IMG/VR virus record: IMGVR_UViG_3300025849_000011
Direction: 5' to 3' (one strand)
DNA length: 64,000 nucleotides
Origin: an uncultured virus (IMG/VR IMGVR_UViG_3300025849_000011)
Lineage: Duplodnaviria; Heunggongvirae; Uroviricota; Caudoviricetes
This document shows, piece by piece, positions 25,801-31,456 of this stretch (positions within the stretch are counted from its first letter, which is position 1; every line of letters begins with the position of its first letter). Made by a program: the position numbers and the translations under genes. The notes under the pieces are model-generated. The model saw nothing but the letters and a program-made list of their open reading frames with translations. It was not told the DNA's origin and ran no database searches.

Positions 25801-28087
25801 TACCAATACCAATTCTGGCTCCGATTTGAAATACGTCAGTAACTCCAGGTTCTCTTATAGTAGGTAAATAGAAAACATCATTAATATCATAAGGAGAGAA
25901 TTGCTTTTCAAAAATACCGCCGCCAATAAACCTTTCACCTTTTCTATACATATTTCCATAGAAATCAATAGAACCATCTTTGTGAAATGATATTAAATTA
26001 CTATCTAAAGCACCTTTTAAAGAAATAAGACTACTTCCTGGAGTACCCACACTATCGTAAAGAACTGCGTGAACACCACCACCAATTGTTGCACTATCAA
26101 AACTATAATCAGATTTGAAAACATTTTTCTGTAGAGTGGATGTTAGTTGAGAGTCATTTAATTCAAGCCCATAGAAATCGTGTGCGTATGAAGTGCCTCT
26201 TCCGGTTTGTGAACCATAATTAAGTGTAAGTGACGCTGATTGTCCAGTAGGTTTATGGTAATCGCCACCAATTCTAAAACCTTCTGCAAATATATTTCCA
26301 GATTTTGTTAGTGTGAGGTGGTAGTAGGAAGAATCTGCTGTTGGGTCTGGACCTTTACCATTAACAGTTTCTTTGCCAAAATGAATACCGTCCAATGATC
26401 CCAAATGATCTTGCCATGTGCGATTTTGTGTTCTTATAAACCCATCATCATTTATAAGCCTACCTTGTCCCGGTTCAGAACTAAGAATACCATGAGGTGT
26501 AAGTTGAAGTGAATACATGCTATCAACAAAAATTTTATCAAAATATCCAAGATCATATACCGCTCTCAAACCTTCAAGTTCAGAAATCATTGCACTATCA
26601 GAAACAAACTGCCCAATACGCCCAGAGTCGTATAAAATTGAAGAACCACTAATACGCGCTATGTGTGCGCTATCAACACCACTTAATTTTCCACCAATAT
26701 GCAATCCACCAGCGATTTCCATAGGCAAACTAGATTTCCACAATCCAGGTGCTGGACTAACTTGCCCTTGAAAACCAGATGCATCTGCTTGATAAGTAAA
26801 ACTTCCTCTACCGTGAATTGGTGAATTGTAACTTCTATTACTGAAAACGGTAATACCAGCACCATCAGCAGCAGCACTATCCATGGCTGAATCTGCTAAA
26901 ATGATATTCTTATCATTTACAGAAACTGTTGTTGAGTTAATAATAGTTTGAATACCATCAACTTGCAAATCACCTTTGATAATAACACGACCACTATTAC
27001 TATCAATCGCAGAAGGATCAATAACGATATCTGCTGGACCAGTGATCAATGGTTGATACGATGTTTCAATATGAGCATATGTAATTTTCGCAGAGTCGGA
27101 CATGAGTTGTCCAACATAAGCACTATCAATATCTGCCCTAGAAATATATGCACTATCAATATCTACTTGACCTATATCCGCACTATCAATATCAGTATGA
27201 TCAATAAGAGCGTATTTAATGTATGCACTGTCAATCGTTACATCATTGATATATGCACTGTCAATATCAGCATATTTGATGTACGCACTGTCAATCGTTA
27301 CATCATTGATATATGCACTGTCAATATCAGCATATTTGATGTACGCACTGTCAATTGATACATTATCAATATGCCCACTATCAATATCGGCATATTTAAT
27401 ATATGCTGAGTCAATTGATACATTATCAATATGTCCACTATCAATATCGGCATATTTGATGTATGCACTGTCAATTGTTAGATTATCAACATGACCACTA
27501 TCAACATCCATAAATTTGATGTGAGCAGAATCGATAGAAACATTATCAATGTGTCCACTATCCATATCAAAATGACGTATATAAGCACTATCAACACGCA
27601 AGTTGTCAATATGGGAACTGTCAATGTCGGCAAATTGTATATAAGCAGAATCGCTACGAAGATCATGAATATAGGCACTGTCTGCCTCCAAAAATGTAAT
27701 ATGCGCGGAATCAGAAATAAGCCCTTTTATAACCGCACTGTCTGCATTGAAAAAACGAATATATGCACTGTCAACACTTAGATTATTAAAACTACCAGAA
27801 TCGCCAACAAGACTTTGGAGTTTTAGATAATCTAATCCGCGACTGTCATCTAGTAATACTAATCTACCATCTTGTGCTATTCCTGGATTATCTGGAAAAA
27901 GTGATGTAAAATATTCACCACCAATCGTAGCAATTCTGGATGCATCACCAGTGACATTTACTTCTGGCCCTATACCAATAAAAAGTTTTTTGGATGTTTC
28001 AGCATATGAATACGCTATTTCACCTACTTTAAGATTTGATGGGGCATCAACATTTGATGATCGTTTTATTCTTATAGTTGCTGGCAT
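10847..28087 (-). CDS. Giant tail fibre/adhesin-like protein (5746 aa) with DS-rich repeats and YadA-head-like repeats
   Basis: 17.2 kb ORF; N-terminal IRIKRS...GEIAY...LFIG fibre motif; (A/S)xAIG repeats; APAALDTLNELAAAIGDD fibre motif; late promoter upstream. Confidence 0.8.
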   Translation of the reverse strand: MPATIRIKRSSNVDAPSNLKVGEIAYSYAETSKKLFIGIGPEVNVTGDASRIATIGGEYFTSLFPDNPGIAQDGRLVLLDDSRGLDYLKLQSLVGDSGSFNNLSVDSAYIRFFNADSAVIKGLISDSAHITFLEADSAYIHDLRSDSAYIQFADIDSSHIDNLRVDSAYIRHFDMDSGHIDNVSIDSAHIKFMDVDSGHVDNLTIDSAYIKYADIDSGHIDNVSIDSAYIKYADIDSGHIDNVSIDSAYIKYADIDSAYINDVTIDSAYIKYADIDSAYINDVTIDSAYIKYALIDHTDIDSADIGQVDIDSAYISRADIDSAYVGQLMSDSAKITYAHIETSYQPLITGPADIVIDPSAIDSNSGRVIIKGDLQVDGIQTIINSTTVSVNDKNIILADSAMDSAAADGAGITVFSNRSYNSPIHGRGSFTYQADASGFQGQVSPAPGLWKSSLPMEIAGGLHIGGKLSGVDSAHIARISGSSILYDSGRIGQFVSDSAMISELEGLRAVYDLGYFDKIFVDSMYSLQLTPHGILSSEPGQGRLINDDGFIRTQNRTWQDHLGSLDGIHFGKETVNGKGPDPTADSSYYHLTLTKSGNIFAEGFRIGGDYHKPTGQSASLTLNYGSQTGRGTSYAHDFYGLELNDSQLTSTLQKNVFKSDYSFDSATIGGGVHAVLYDSVGTPGSSLISLKGALDSNLISFHKDGSIDFYGNMYRKGERFIGGGIFEKQFSPYDINDVFYLPTIREPGVTDVFQIGARIGIGTNRPAHAFDFRTDTTLIGNLFQVSGRLNTSAQYYALNTVGAGSPSINDQYQIVVDLDSDKSRMMFDPAKARFRAGYFVTGTIKNTEMGTYSTAFGKNTIAKGTASYAQGDSSETYADGSFVSGTKSIINAGATTSIAIGKENIVSANALTSIAFGEGNQITSSQGIAIGKANTGVGDKSISIGDTQVTSGTGAVAIGIGNQITGSASIAIGGTSAAGNTVSATNSVALGFSHNIAGSYNFAFGEGITFPSTAQGSFAFGKNVNVGGDRSIGINLGTGQAGTVGEFIPLSNTHDNFMSIQGGNVTIGSDSDLTRMAVPVSSGVGNLYVTGDLIYSGENLKLLPDGTLLQNSPWSDNGLQITYTNGNKPIGMHVAVPNVPVEAEGNRGFIFRGNYSGSYTSKIGQGEPFFDSADTTKALSSFSNVSSNVSLMAYYPLGDVFRVGQINANADHRNDTIGAHSIGMGYFNRVDGDYGVVLGGDQSRVDGNYSVAIGGRYLKADGQYATNIGGYTNSTSNRTNVTGNYSSNFGGSYALTVGGTYNTNVGGYQNNMLGNYNIIAGGYINETTADAEWGAIVGGQHNDLAGDIGVIIGGYNNDITSASTTSGIFSSYSSAISGDYNAIIGGVSNSLSGSYGVIVGGQSVTISSGASTTGNASLGGYNINISGENNVSVGGYSNTLTGGRWNTTVGGRGLQITANANYSINLGGYNNDIDASYSANIAGQNTDIGTNANYSVNVGGYNTHIDAEYSVNIGGYNTDIGDASGNLSTSYSINIGGYDNKIGSSARTVANSVVIGGASGNPNEMRSTNSYFIGEGNKDSATAHSTYQIYSGGPLVYGVGSLGTQSKNYWIGFNNTVAGGSTGYINVTPATNVSENFIFGQGNTIHTTNGKGNFIIGRDVTLTGNQENQIILNNPDSALDTYLDNTKVAIGKHTAEYALDIRGTLRIGGSKVNGVNQVGGDSYIASILINDQDIRDYVAGVDPSNKQIEIEQPAVALPTATVVSIEQSNPGIVIIRNTNGILTDGKTVEFNLPSLTNIGQFLNDSIFAIKNVVGGIGDSFELYDGATFADVSTRVGVNTSKGTTRNKGAVGNITLGTGTPNVGTAYDSSQFDSAGTAANGVPTAEIVFGQYLSLKALPIVTGGAGTIAPKRFKSSVIIDSDLIVQGTVTLNDSVGIGKDLVVGGNLDVSTGYLKTGGYLDVNTHGKFGDSVTIGTSLDVGTTAVIGDSVQISGDLTVAGAVTLSGGIKTATTFKSTDSMQIGGRLSGVTNLDMAGGIKTATTFKSTDSMQIGGRLSGVTNLDMAGSLETVTTYKGTDSMQIGGRLSGVTNLDMAGSLETVTTYKGTDSMQIGGRLSGVTNLDMAGSLETVTTYKGTDSMQIGGRLSGVTNLEMAGALETVTTYKGTDSMQIGGRLSGVTNLDMAGAIQTATTFKSTDSMTIGGRLSGVTNLDMAGAIQTVTTFKSTDSMTIGGDLTVAGAVSGVTSLTASGPITFADSIRIGGSVRWLDNSVDDSFYIGNLSFDSYVLRPNSKILSSVVSYFDTDYVQQRVDSFNSWVIYPDALVYNPNDGHKTVAIGLTNNQTWTGWNPDINGGGNAAYASNLSKTGTTIDDATDDSNLTLASYNTRHTSFSSGVGDSIGLDVQGRINIRTTDKEGDDYLSNPPIVFSGDGGSQTAWPNKSWLRQTGYIDQPYIRSKIDADFLQETFTANPSASAASKAFFRSLLDSAYIISIWDSDYYWKHDSFNAVYIGAPGQLYDGTHASGLYYDGSIKVAINKRGDSATHNLDLRGNARFEKNLLVEDSVTIAGSLSGVTSLDASGPVTFADSMQIGGSLSGVTRLTTSDSAFIGGNLHVESDLTIGGGLTTIGFFNIDSFVNIGGAVKIGSFNGRDSGDGLGVYDASQIKGKNGLYVGDSTHLRGGLKVLGHDNVLEEAYVFTIDSNYVQETQTVSLNNTQIQNAFGPNDADSHIVLSFTDSVNFDFLRITRTTSGGATVLLNRYIDYDSLGNRTLFDSSQYGYGGPSHNLMTNTNRLKNVYIKEPSVLNSDTQLHGAELIPQNDSNSKPSIIIGDRIIAVGGTSIPRVSNIIDNAGNSLAINAGLSLFGVVDPIVKLTDSIGTVKGQLLKDRDFTIVDSFEIRVFSDLNVVPGLFPSAYGVTDSASMILGDKITIQDRTPTLTSRTEIVGPTNLFGHVTLGSEAMAHAAYPGYPHTGSRLTTHDSFVVKGGMHFESSGDPVNRKRIQFDADVHVDSGKTWFFGPKKTVTHVVPRSLIDATKDAYGHYQNINPETTFDSHLIVGMDSHIVKNVTATTDPIGLNAVTFTVNNLAIRPGNDFLFGPLRTKQELKQDSDGIGGLLGKVESDGSYNGTITGNQRYVDVQYQVTLDSHVVDILQNPPLPVLNFLKPVTFSKPVVMQDSLSVKFVDADSASIDQLISDSAYIKYARIDSSYISQLIVDSSTIGHLIVTDSATIKQFTSDSARISQLDADSAYIKILKADQILDTYISQLLVDSANIGQLDVDSAYIKQLKWDVVDSAYIKYAQIDDAYVSQLLVDSARISQLDVDSAYIKTAKIDSSYQTLIRGPSEITIDPLDVGTNTGKIHVKGSFELTNGDFTLDSMSRMFVGEPVDFYKYESDGSGNRTTFPENVLNPNHENHKYQRFQHFFDRSSNHFQTFDNTKVDAGNVVFKYESDGSPVLGGKSFTTPTGNLHHILVDSFDVVNTDKSLNIFRKTHRLDLDSHIGRIVDSDYIGIRLQTPWKIENVSLGVQKKIFYDDEGAVIIGPKTLLTGDLATRFVVDSGNVMFLSNNFQSGISTGAGGAGIADNDVSTVIRGNVPNKGAEARFMWIPQRGALRIGALDGFGASNYWEDSEVGYQSIAIGNNTKASHFSTALGFDVKVGEVKKSATTASKNNNNSVALGQGIDMPQRNSVAMGIGIIARPTNNTSGTPVPNNPFIYNKEQIVSLGSKINSAGAFNTSLGNRITIGYNVGIANDQSSFPLMNPSTANNVTAIGRDLLAYRTSDRSLMIGANSVVKKEDTTSIGNNNQLDKQYTIAIGNDNLLQKEDALAVGQNIIMRSSAKGAVGVGKEVTVHGKNAVAMGRNVHVTSGTGAVAIGADGKATGTGGVFVGSQGTASSKSVAVGSSVFAGSNGVAIGKNVRSHGSQGSIALGYNAYSGSGGFAIGNNVVGKTGAVMVGQGNSGANYSTIFGLNSTSKTGGVAIGSYVQNTGNYAVAMGRSVQAAGATAAMGIYVKTLGARSVAIGGGTSALPNVARQDAVSIGYSNDAGSKSVVIGKNNTMGAGTSSIPGITVGTDNTNNSKANIYGSNNSGNSYVSVYGSGQSGASTSSTNTPSTAMVYGIGNTITANGGLAFGKQNVVELNGLAFGSSNDVQKEGLAFGYDNEVNLGSGNSNTTHSIAFGRGNTSDTEAIALGRNNIATHGAIAIGNTVTATGAAGNQGGIGLGRNITVYGQNALGLGTNITVGGAVNSAANSVGIGLGTTATTVSTDNTLSIQGGQVVIEQDEINIVPATAIQYKSAAAYGSYGDGGTDITCEKVNENGRAGTKYALEVNGPINVNGTDAAGNEHDFYMQGMRLYNYIRYVAADSAWILTAADQEYVEGIINKEYLRTTCTNDTFFQKSPSGGASHLVYKGANDFEFVGINLDNSTATLTPGYLRYGPDSNGVYKTNVNYTLDVNGNVNLEGLTYQGDVILPTGGLDSNIYLNHYTNVINYQITPDSATEFFDSAYVAERYSFGANPSGADSSAIIEMIDEDYINDLVRTAWPDSAYINDKLDSVVGGDIIAFRVKHILSAKYGDLTTLEKALGRGEAQFTNPTGFEATHGTKVGIGKISYSHWDSNPSRVGVQTQLRTSGVTGVTAGQEAIETLGPTIGNLTTGTGLAVGGKVVIHGTQEPITGAAEQPALEIFNGHIEVNGEKLVLETPWDEGASYTTYKSPSKFIGVGKLSPSFTFDVNGKINADSGFFIDGTNISEIYDSDWVKTTVTEDYVKTELNIDSAYIMSTHKAVGDIIPALDTIYDLGSPTERFRDIYLSGNSISLGEVIISSNASGLELSDSAGNLLKFGGIDSDAISHFIDSSYVQLRADSNWIFSAVTQEYVRSKADSNYIKSFIDSAYVFSITDGKYDSALFLSAADSDYVKTVASSGYVLGIADSNYVKTVASSGYVLGIADSNYVKTFINSAYVLGIADSNYLKVNIDSSYIKGIITPAYVKTSNNIDSAFIKGIADSNHIQSAADSNYLKTHIDSSYVKGIADSSYVKGFMDSAYVFNITDTKYDSAFILSAADSAYVTTVIDAKLAATGHILPELDSAFDLGSPTKKFKDLYLSGSTINIGNTRITAAPAGLKVTDNAGNSAKVLGIDSDAILGFVDSAYVDLRVPFNKVTIPHILGIADSSHIKTHADSNYVKTFIDSEYVKGIADSGYIQGFISTPYIRGIIDSAHINPITGIGTRDVDFGGNTIYYNNTFAFTNQLPSATTYKGMVVYDNQAQLPKIAVGADWHELARTSDIRSIADSAAAALVASAPAALDTLNELAAAIGDDANFSTTLTNSIAAKLPLSGGTMTGAIDMGSNNITTTGKMLYSNVYSVEGDLPSASTYHGMFAHVHGTGKGYFAHAGNWVKLANFDDISSTVDSAYVQARQTSGGGGSVDSASIIALVDSAYVQARQTSGGGSGSFTSTITSYYYTATSNQTVFTGSDQNSNTLNYSVNSVTVFLNGINLLKGVDYNTTSSSTITLINAANSGDEIVINALSQIGASTSTINSAVSSVVDSAYVAARVTAGTDSASIINMIDSAYVAARSSSSGGGLTISDNPPASPSVGSMWFDPEVLETYVYYTDSDNTSQWVKSNPTGIGISSVTTLVDSAYVAARTTAGAANWTEITSTPITATANQRLIIDTSTAKTINLPVSANLGDEIRFIDGTGNANTNNITINRNGHKIEASDSDLTIDVDRAAFGLVYYNVANGWLFTEK
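12440..13830 (-). repeat. Coding repeat block with ~9-residue DSxY period, including 54-nt tandem units (ADSNYVKTVASSGYVLGI)
   Basis: Near-identical 54-nt units visible at ~13170-13350; boundaries approximate. Confidence 0.8.
15290..17170 (-). repeat. YadA/Hep_Hag-like head repeats (AVAIG/SVAMG/GLAFG, ~13-14 aa period)
   Basis: Pattern in translation; boundaries approximate; a second smaller block lies at ~24990-25540. Confidence 0.65.
17990..18560 (-). repeat. Second DS decapeptide repeat block, an internal duplicate of the N-terminal module
   Basis: DSAYIKYARI/DSARISQLDV units followed by SYQTLIRGPSEITIDP, matching SYQPLITGPADIVIDP after the first block. Confidence 0.75.
21389..22072 (-). 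repeat. 90-nt (30-aa) coding tandem repeat, 7 full copies plus 1 partial (TDSMQIGGRLSGVTNLDMAGSLETVTTYKG)
   Basis: Near-identical DNA units read directly. Confidence 0.9.
23420..24430 (-). repeat. GGYxN repeat block (~14-16 aa period, beta-solenoid-like)
   Basis: Repeated (S/N)xxxGGYN(N/T)xIxxxY in translation; boundaries approximate. Confidence 0.65.
27090..27805 (-). repeat. DS decapeptide repeat (IDSAYIKYAD/IDSGHIDNVS), 30/60-nt period
   Basis: 20 consecutive DS dipeptides at exact 10-aa spacing by manual count; sequence lines 27241 and 27301 are nearly identical. Confidence 0.9.
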
Positions 28088-28119
28088 AAAATCTGAACCT
28101 TAATTTACACTTCTTTTTG

Positions 28120-28127
28120 TATTTATA
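28120..28127 (-). promoter_or_regulatory. T4-type late promoter (TATAAATA) for the giant fibre gene
   Basis: Exact consensus in the intergenic gap upstream of ATG 28087. Confidence 0.8.
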
Positions 28128-28139
28128 TAATTATACAGA

Positions 28140-28376
28140 TCAAAACCCCTCGCCAGCATCAATAGTTTGTTTATCAAATAATAGTTGTGGTTGAAATTGT
28201 GCGCTTGTCGCATTAAAAACTAACACATCTCCATTCACTGCACCATTACCTGCAACATTTGCAAGTTGCCCAATATCTGAAACTACTTCAATTTGAGCGA
28301 TTTGTGGAACAGGAGTACCCAAGGTAATTTTTTTAATAACCGTATTTGTAGAAATAACCTTTACAGTATCAGTCAT
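28140..28376 (-). CDS. Small virion-associated hypothetical protein (78 aa)
   Basis: AGGAG SD; LANV...NGDVLVFN...F and terminal IDAG motifs typical of phage fibre-region proteins. Confidence 0.7.
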   Translation of the reverse strand: MTDTVKVISTNTVIKKITLGTPVPQIAQIEVVSDIGQLANVAGNGAVNGDVLVFNATSAQFQPQLLFDKQTIDAGEGF

Positions 28377-28543
28377 GATGATCTCCTAATTAATTCTTTT
28401 TTAGTAATAATTGACGGTAGATATATAGAACCATAATGCTGAACTGTAAGTTCAACCTTACTATGTTTTGAAACTACTTTATCTATGAAAATCTTTTTTT
28501 GTATAGTGTTTGAAGAGACAACTTTTATATTCTTGGTAATCAT
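28373..28543 (-). CDS. Unlisted 56-aa ORF (MITKNIKVVSSNTIQKKIF...)
   Basis: Translated by hand; fills the gap exactly; ATGA overlap with the next gene; N-terminus resembles KVISTNTVIKKI of the 78-aa ORF. Confidence 0.6.
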   Translation of the reverse strand: MITKNIKVVSSNTIQKKIFIDKVVSKHSKVELTVQHYGSIYLPSIITKKELIRRSS

Positions 28544-28546
28544 AAT

Positions 28547-28933
28547 TTAATTAACGCTTGGTGATACAGTGAGTGTCCCTTGAAGTATTCTTTCAATTAT
28601 TGTTGTGTTGGTAGCAGAATCTTGATAACTCAACTCAACATCATAAACATATCTTCCTGCTTTCATTGTATCTGTTATAGTATTTGCAAGAGATAGTTGT
28701 AAAACATTTGGATTATCAAGATCAAGAAATGAAGTTTCAAACGATATCGCAGAAGAGTCGCTTGTTGAATACGATTTCTTTATTTTTCCAGTTGCAGCAT
28801 ACGGTGTAATAGTTCCACCACTGTTTGCATCAAGTTTCTTAAATATTTTTTTACTACCATCAGTTTCAAAACATTCAAGTCTAAGTGTTATATCACTTCC
28901 TTGATCAACCATAATATCTTCAGATTGTGCCAT
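28547..28933 (-). CDS. Small virion structural protein typical of aquatic T4-like phages (128 aa)
   Basis: DQGSD...GRYVYDVEL...RILQGTLTVSP motif pattern. Confidence 0.7.
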   Translation of the reverse strand: MAQSEDIMVDQGSDITLRLECFETDGSKKIFKKLDANSGGTITPYAATGKIKKSYSTSDSSAISFETSFLDLDNPNVLQLSLANTITDTMKAGRYVYDVELSYQDSATNTTIIERILQGTLTVSPSVN

Positions 28934-28951
28934 TTTTTTTCTCCAGTATTT

Positions 28952-30238
28952 CTATCCAGCAAATCTTGCTTTTGTTCTATCGTATGTAATTCCAGAAGTA
29001 TATCTAGTAGCATTAGCATCAAAAAACATAATTCTCACAAATCCAGGGCCACCTTGATTAGTACTAGGTGCTACGCTTTGACCACTAGTTCCTTTTGATC
29101 CAGTTCCACCAAACCCATATCCACCACCATTTGACTGTCTAGTGAAAAGATCATTAAAACCCTTCCCTCTTGATCCAATTCCACCACCATGTGTTGTGGT
29201 CACTTCTAATATCCAATCTGCTTGTGATACACGCCATCCAAGACCCTCTCCCCTAATATCATGAGAAATGCCTTCAGTGGTAGGAGAACCTGATGTTTGA
29301 TATCCGGGCGCACCACCACCGCCAAAAATAGATGAACTATAATTAAAACTAGGACTAGTAGTTAATGTTGAGCCATTATTAACTAAACATGCTGATAAAT
29401 ATGAAGTTCCTCCCCAACCACCAGCATAATGTAATTCTAATTTTGAGTTGTCATATATGGTAACTTTATTTCCAGTTCCAGGACCAAATGCATATCCAGA
29501 TAAAGAATAACCTTGAGTTTCTATACTTCTAGTTCCACTATCAAATGTAGATACTCTATGAGTATTAGTGGATTTTGCAGCCCCACCTACTGTAAGTACA
29601 TTGCTTCCATTTTTATAAACGTAAGAATTTCCACCATCACTTGCATTACCACTAACTCCTTGAAATCCCCATTCACCACTATTTGATGATCCACCAAGTG
29701 CTTTACCGCCATTTCCAACTCTAATTGTAATTACATCGCCCTCAGTTACAGGAATTGGATGTGTTTGTGCATAATCGCCACCATTTCCACCAGCGGGTGC
29801 GTTAATGAATGAAGATGAAATTCCACCACGACCAGACCAAGCCCAAGGTCCAATATAACCAGAAGCACCAGCACCTTGTATAAAAATTTTCATATGTGTA
29901 AATCCACAATGCTGTGGAATTGTATATGTGTAATCAGATGTTGTTGTTTGTGTTGATGATGCGACAGTATATACAGCATCAAAATATGGTTTTATCATAA
30001 AATCACTTAAAGATATTTTGCCTGAAGATGGAACACCAGTACTATTAGATATTCCAGAGTTTATAATTAAATTCCCATCAGATTCTGCGACTAAACTACC
30101 ACCTTTATAAAATTCCGATAAAGATACTGATCCAGCATCGCTAAATTGATTCTTGATATCAGAAAAACTAAATGAACTATCACCATCTAAGTGAGGATAA
30201 TTGCTATGTAAACTTGTAGGTTTAAATGTTGTTGGCAT
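28952..30238 (-). CDS. Glycine-rich tail fibre tip/adhesin-like protein (428 aa)
   Basis: Multiple GGxGG motifs; N-terminal SLSEFY...PSSGKISLSDF; directly downstream of a chaperone-bearing fibre gene. Confidence 0.6.
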   Translation of the reverse strand: MPTTFKPTSLHSNYPHLDGDSSFSFSDIKNQFSDAGSVSLSEFYKGGSLVAESDGNLIINSGISNSTGVPSSGKISLSDFMIKPYFDAVYTVASSTQTTTSDYTYTIPQHCGFTHMKIFIQGAGASGYIGPWAWSGRGGISSSFINAPAGGNGGDYAQTHPIPVTEGDVITIRVGNGGKALGGSSNSGEWGFQGVSGNASDGGNSYVYKNGSNVLTVGGAAKSTNTHRVSTFDSGTRSIETQGYSLSGYAFGPGTGNKVTIYDNSKLELHYAGGWGGTSYLSACLVNNGSTLTTSPSFNYSSSIFGGGGAPGYQTSGSPTTEGISHDIRGEGLGWRVSQADWILEVTTTHGGGIGSRGKGFNDLFTRQSNGGGYGFGGTGSKGTSGQSVAPSTNQGGPGFVRIMFFDANATRYTSGITYDRTKARFAG

Positions 30239-31445
30239 TAGACTCTATCTTTTCCCTAAGATATTCAACATCTACTCTTAACTCATTTATTGCCTCTACA
30301 ATAAGACCCATCATATTGCCATAACGAATTGCTTTATTTTCACCATCAAATTCATAAACAACTTCTGGAAGAACTTCAGAAACTTCATCTGCCATAAGAC
30401 CAGACATTTTTTCTTCTCTACCTTTATAGTTAAATGTATATCCAGCCAATGTACCAACTTTATCAAGAGCATTATCAATACGTTCAATATTTTCTTTCAA
30501 TTTCCTATCAGATGCACTATTAAACGCTGTAATATCAGCATTTGATGTAATCGCACCATCAGCATGTAATGTTGATGAGAGAGATAACGAATGACCATTA
30601 TCTAGTACATCAGACCTAAGATATTTTGGATCAGTTATAGTATTAAGTATCAAAGAAGAGTCAACCCCAGCAGATGATCTTGCCAATACATACGCAGAAT
30701 CAACTTGAGTTGATAGATTTGTTTCATCAATTAATTTGTGCCACGCCCCCCCATGAGAAAAATATCCCTTACCAGTTCCATGCACATGAGCAAACATACC
30801 ATGATAAGTTGCTGCTGAAGGAAGATCGCCTTCTGTAGAATACATATTTGCATAAAGAGATTTGCCAGTTGTGATAATATTATTACTTCCCATATTAAGG
30901 TCAGCACTCGTAATATCACTTGTTCTTGCCGCTATATAATCACTATCAACATGGGTAGTTACTCTTGCGTTTGTATAATATAGGTTTGTTGAACCTTCAG
31001 TAATTTCATCAGTATTATCTTTTGTCAGAATACTTGCGTCTACATACGCTTTTACTGATTGCTGAGATGGTACGTGAATGGCACTGTTTGATGCCATCCC
31101 ATCTTCATCAAGTAAATCGCTTGTTTTAAGACCATCATTAATACCATAACCTGCTAATGTAGTTGGTTTAAGTGTGATGTTTGAAAATGCTACAGTAGTA
31201 GGTTTTGTTAGAGTATTTAGAGTAGAACTATTTATTTTAGTGTAAATATAATTGGAATCTACAAGTGCTTGAACTCCGCTACTTGTCAAAGCCCCAGTAT
31301 TATTGTAATGTTGTTCTAAGTTTGCCAAGGTAACTTTTGCTGTAGCGAAACCACCAGATAAATTGGTTCCTGTTACTACCAAAAAATTTAGATTACTATC
31401 TAAATCACTACTTGTGGCAGTTGGTAAATCTACTATTTTAACCAT
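30222..31445 (-). CDS. Tail fibre protein with C-terminal peptidase S74-type intramolecular chaperone (407 aa)
   Basis: SDRKLKENI...ALDKV..L.GYTF...GLMADEV.EVLPE.V...Y...GLIVEAINEL motif. Confidence 0.8.
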   Translation of the reverse strand: MVKIVDLPTATSSDLDSNLNFLVVTGTNLSGGFATAKVTLANLEQHYNNTGALTSSGVQALVDSNYIYTKINSSTLNTLTKPTTVAFSNITLKPTTLAGYGINDGLKTSDLLDEDGMASNSAIHVPSQQSVKAYVDASILTKDNTDEITEGSTNLYYTNARVTTHVDSDYIAARTSDITSADLNMGSNNIITTGKSLYANMYSTEGDLPSAATYHGMFAHVHGTGKGYFSHGGAWHKLIDETNLSTQVDSAYVLARSSAGVDSSLILNTITDPKYLRSDVLDNGHSLSLSSTLHADGAITSNADITAFNSASDRKLKENIERIDNALDKVGTLAGYTFNYKGREEKMSGLMADEVSEVLPEVVYEFDGENKAIRYGNMMGLIVEAINELRVDVEYLREKIESNANNI

Positions 31446-31456
31446 CGTTTATCTTT

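Noticed and set aside
10847..28087. Bacterial trimeric autotransporter adhesin, implying a bacterial chromosome
   Set aside because: No signal peptide or C-terminal membrane anchor recognised; surrounded by T4-like structural genes and late promoters
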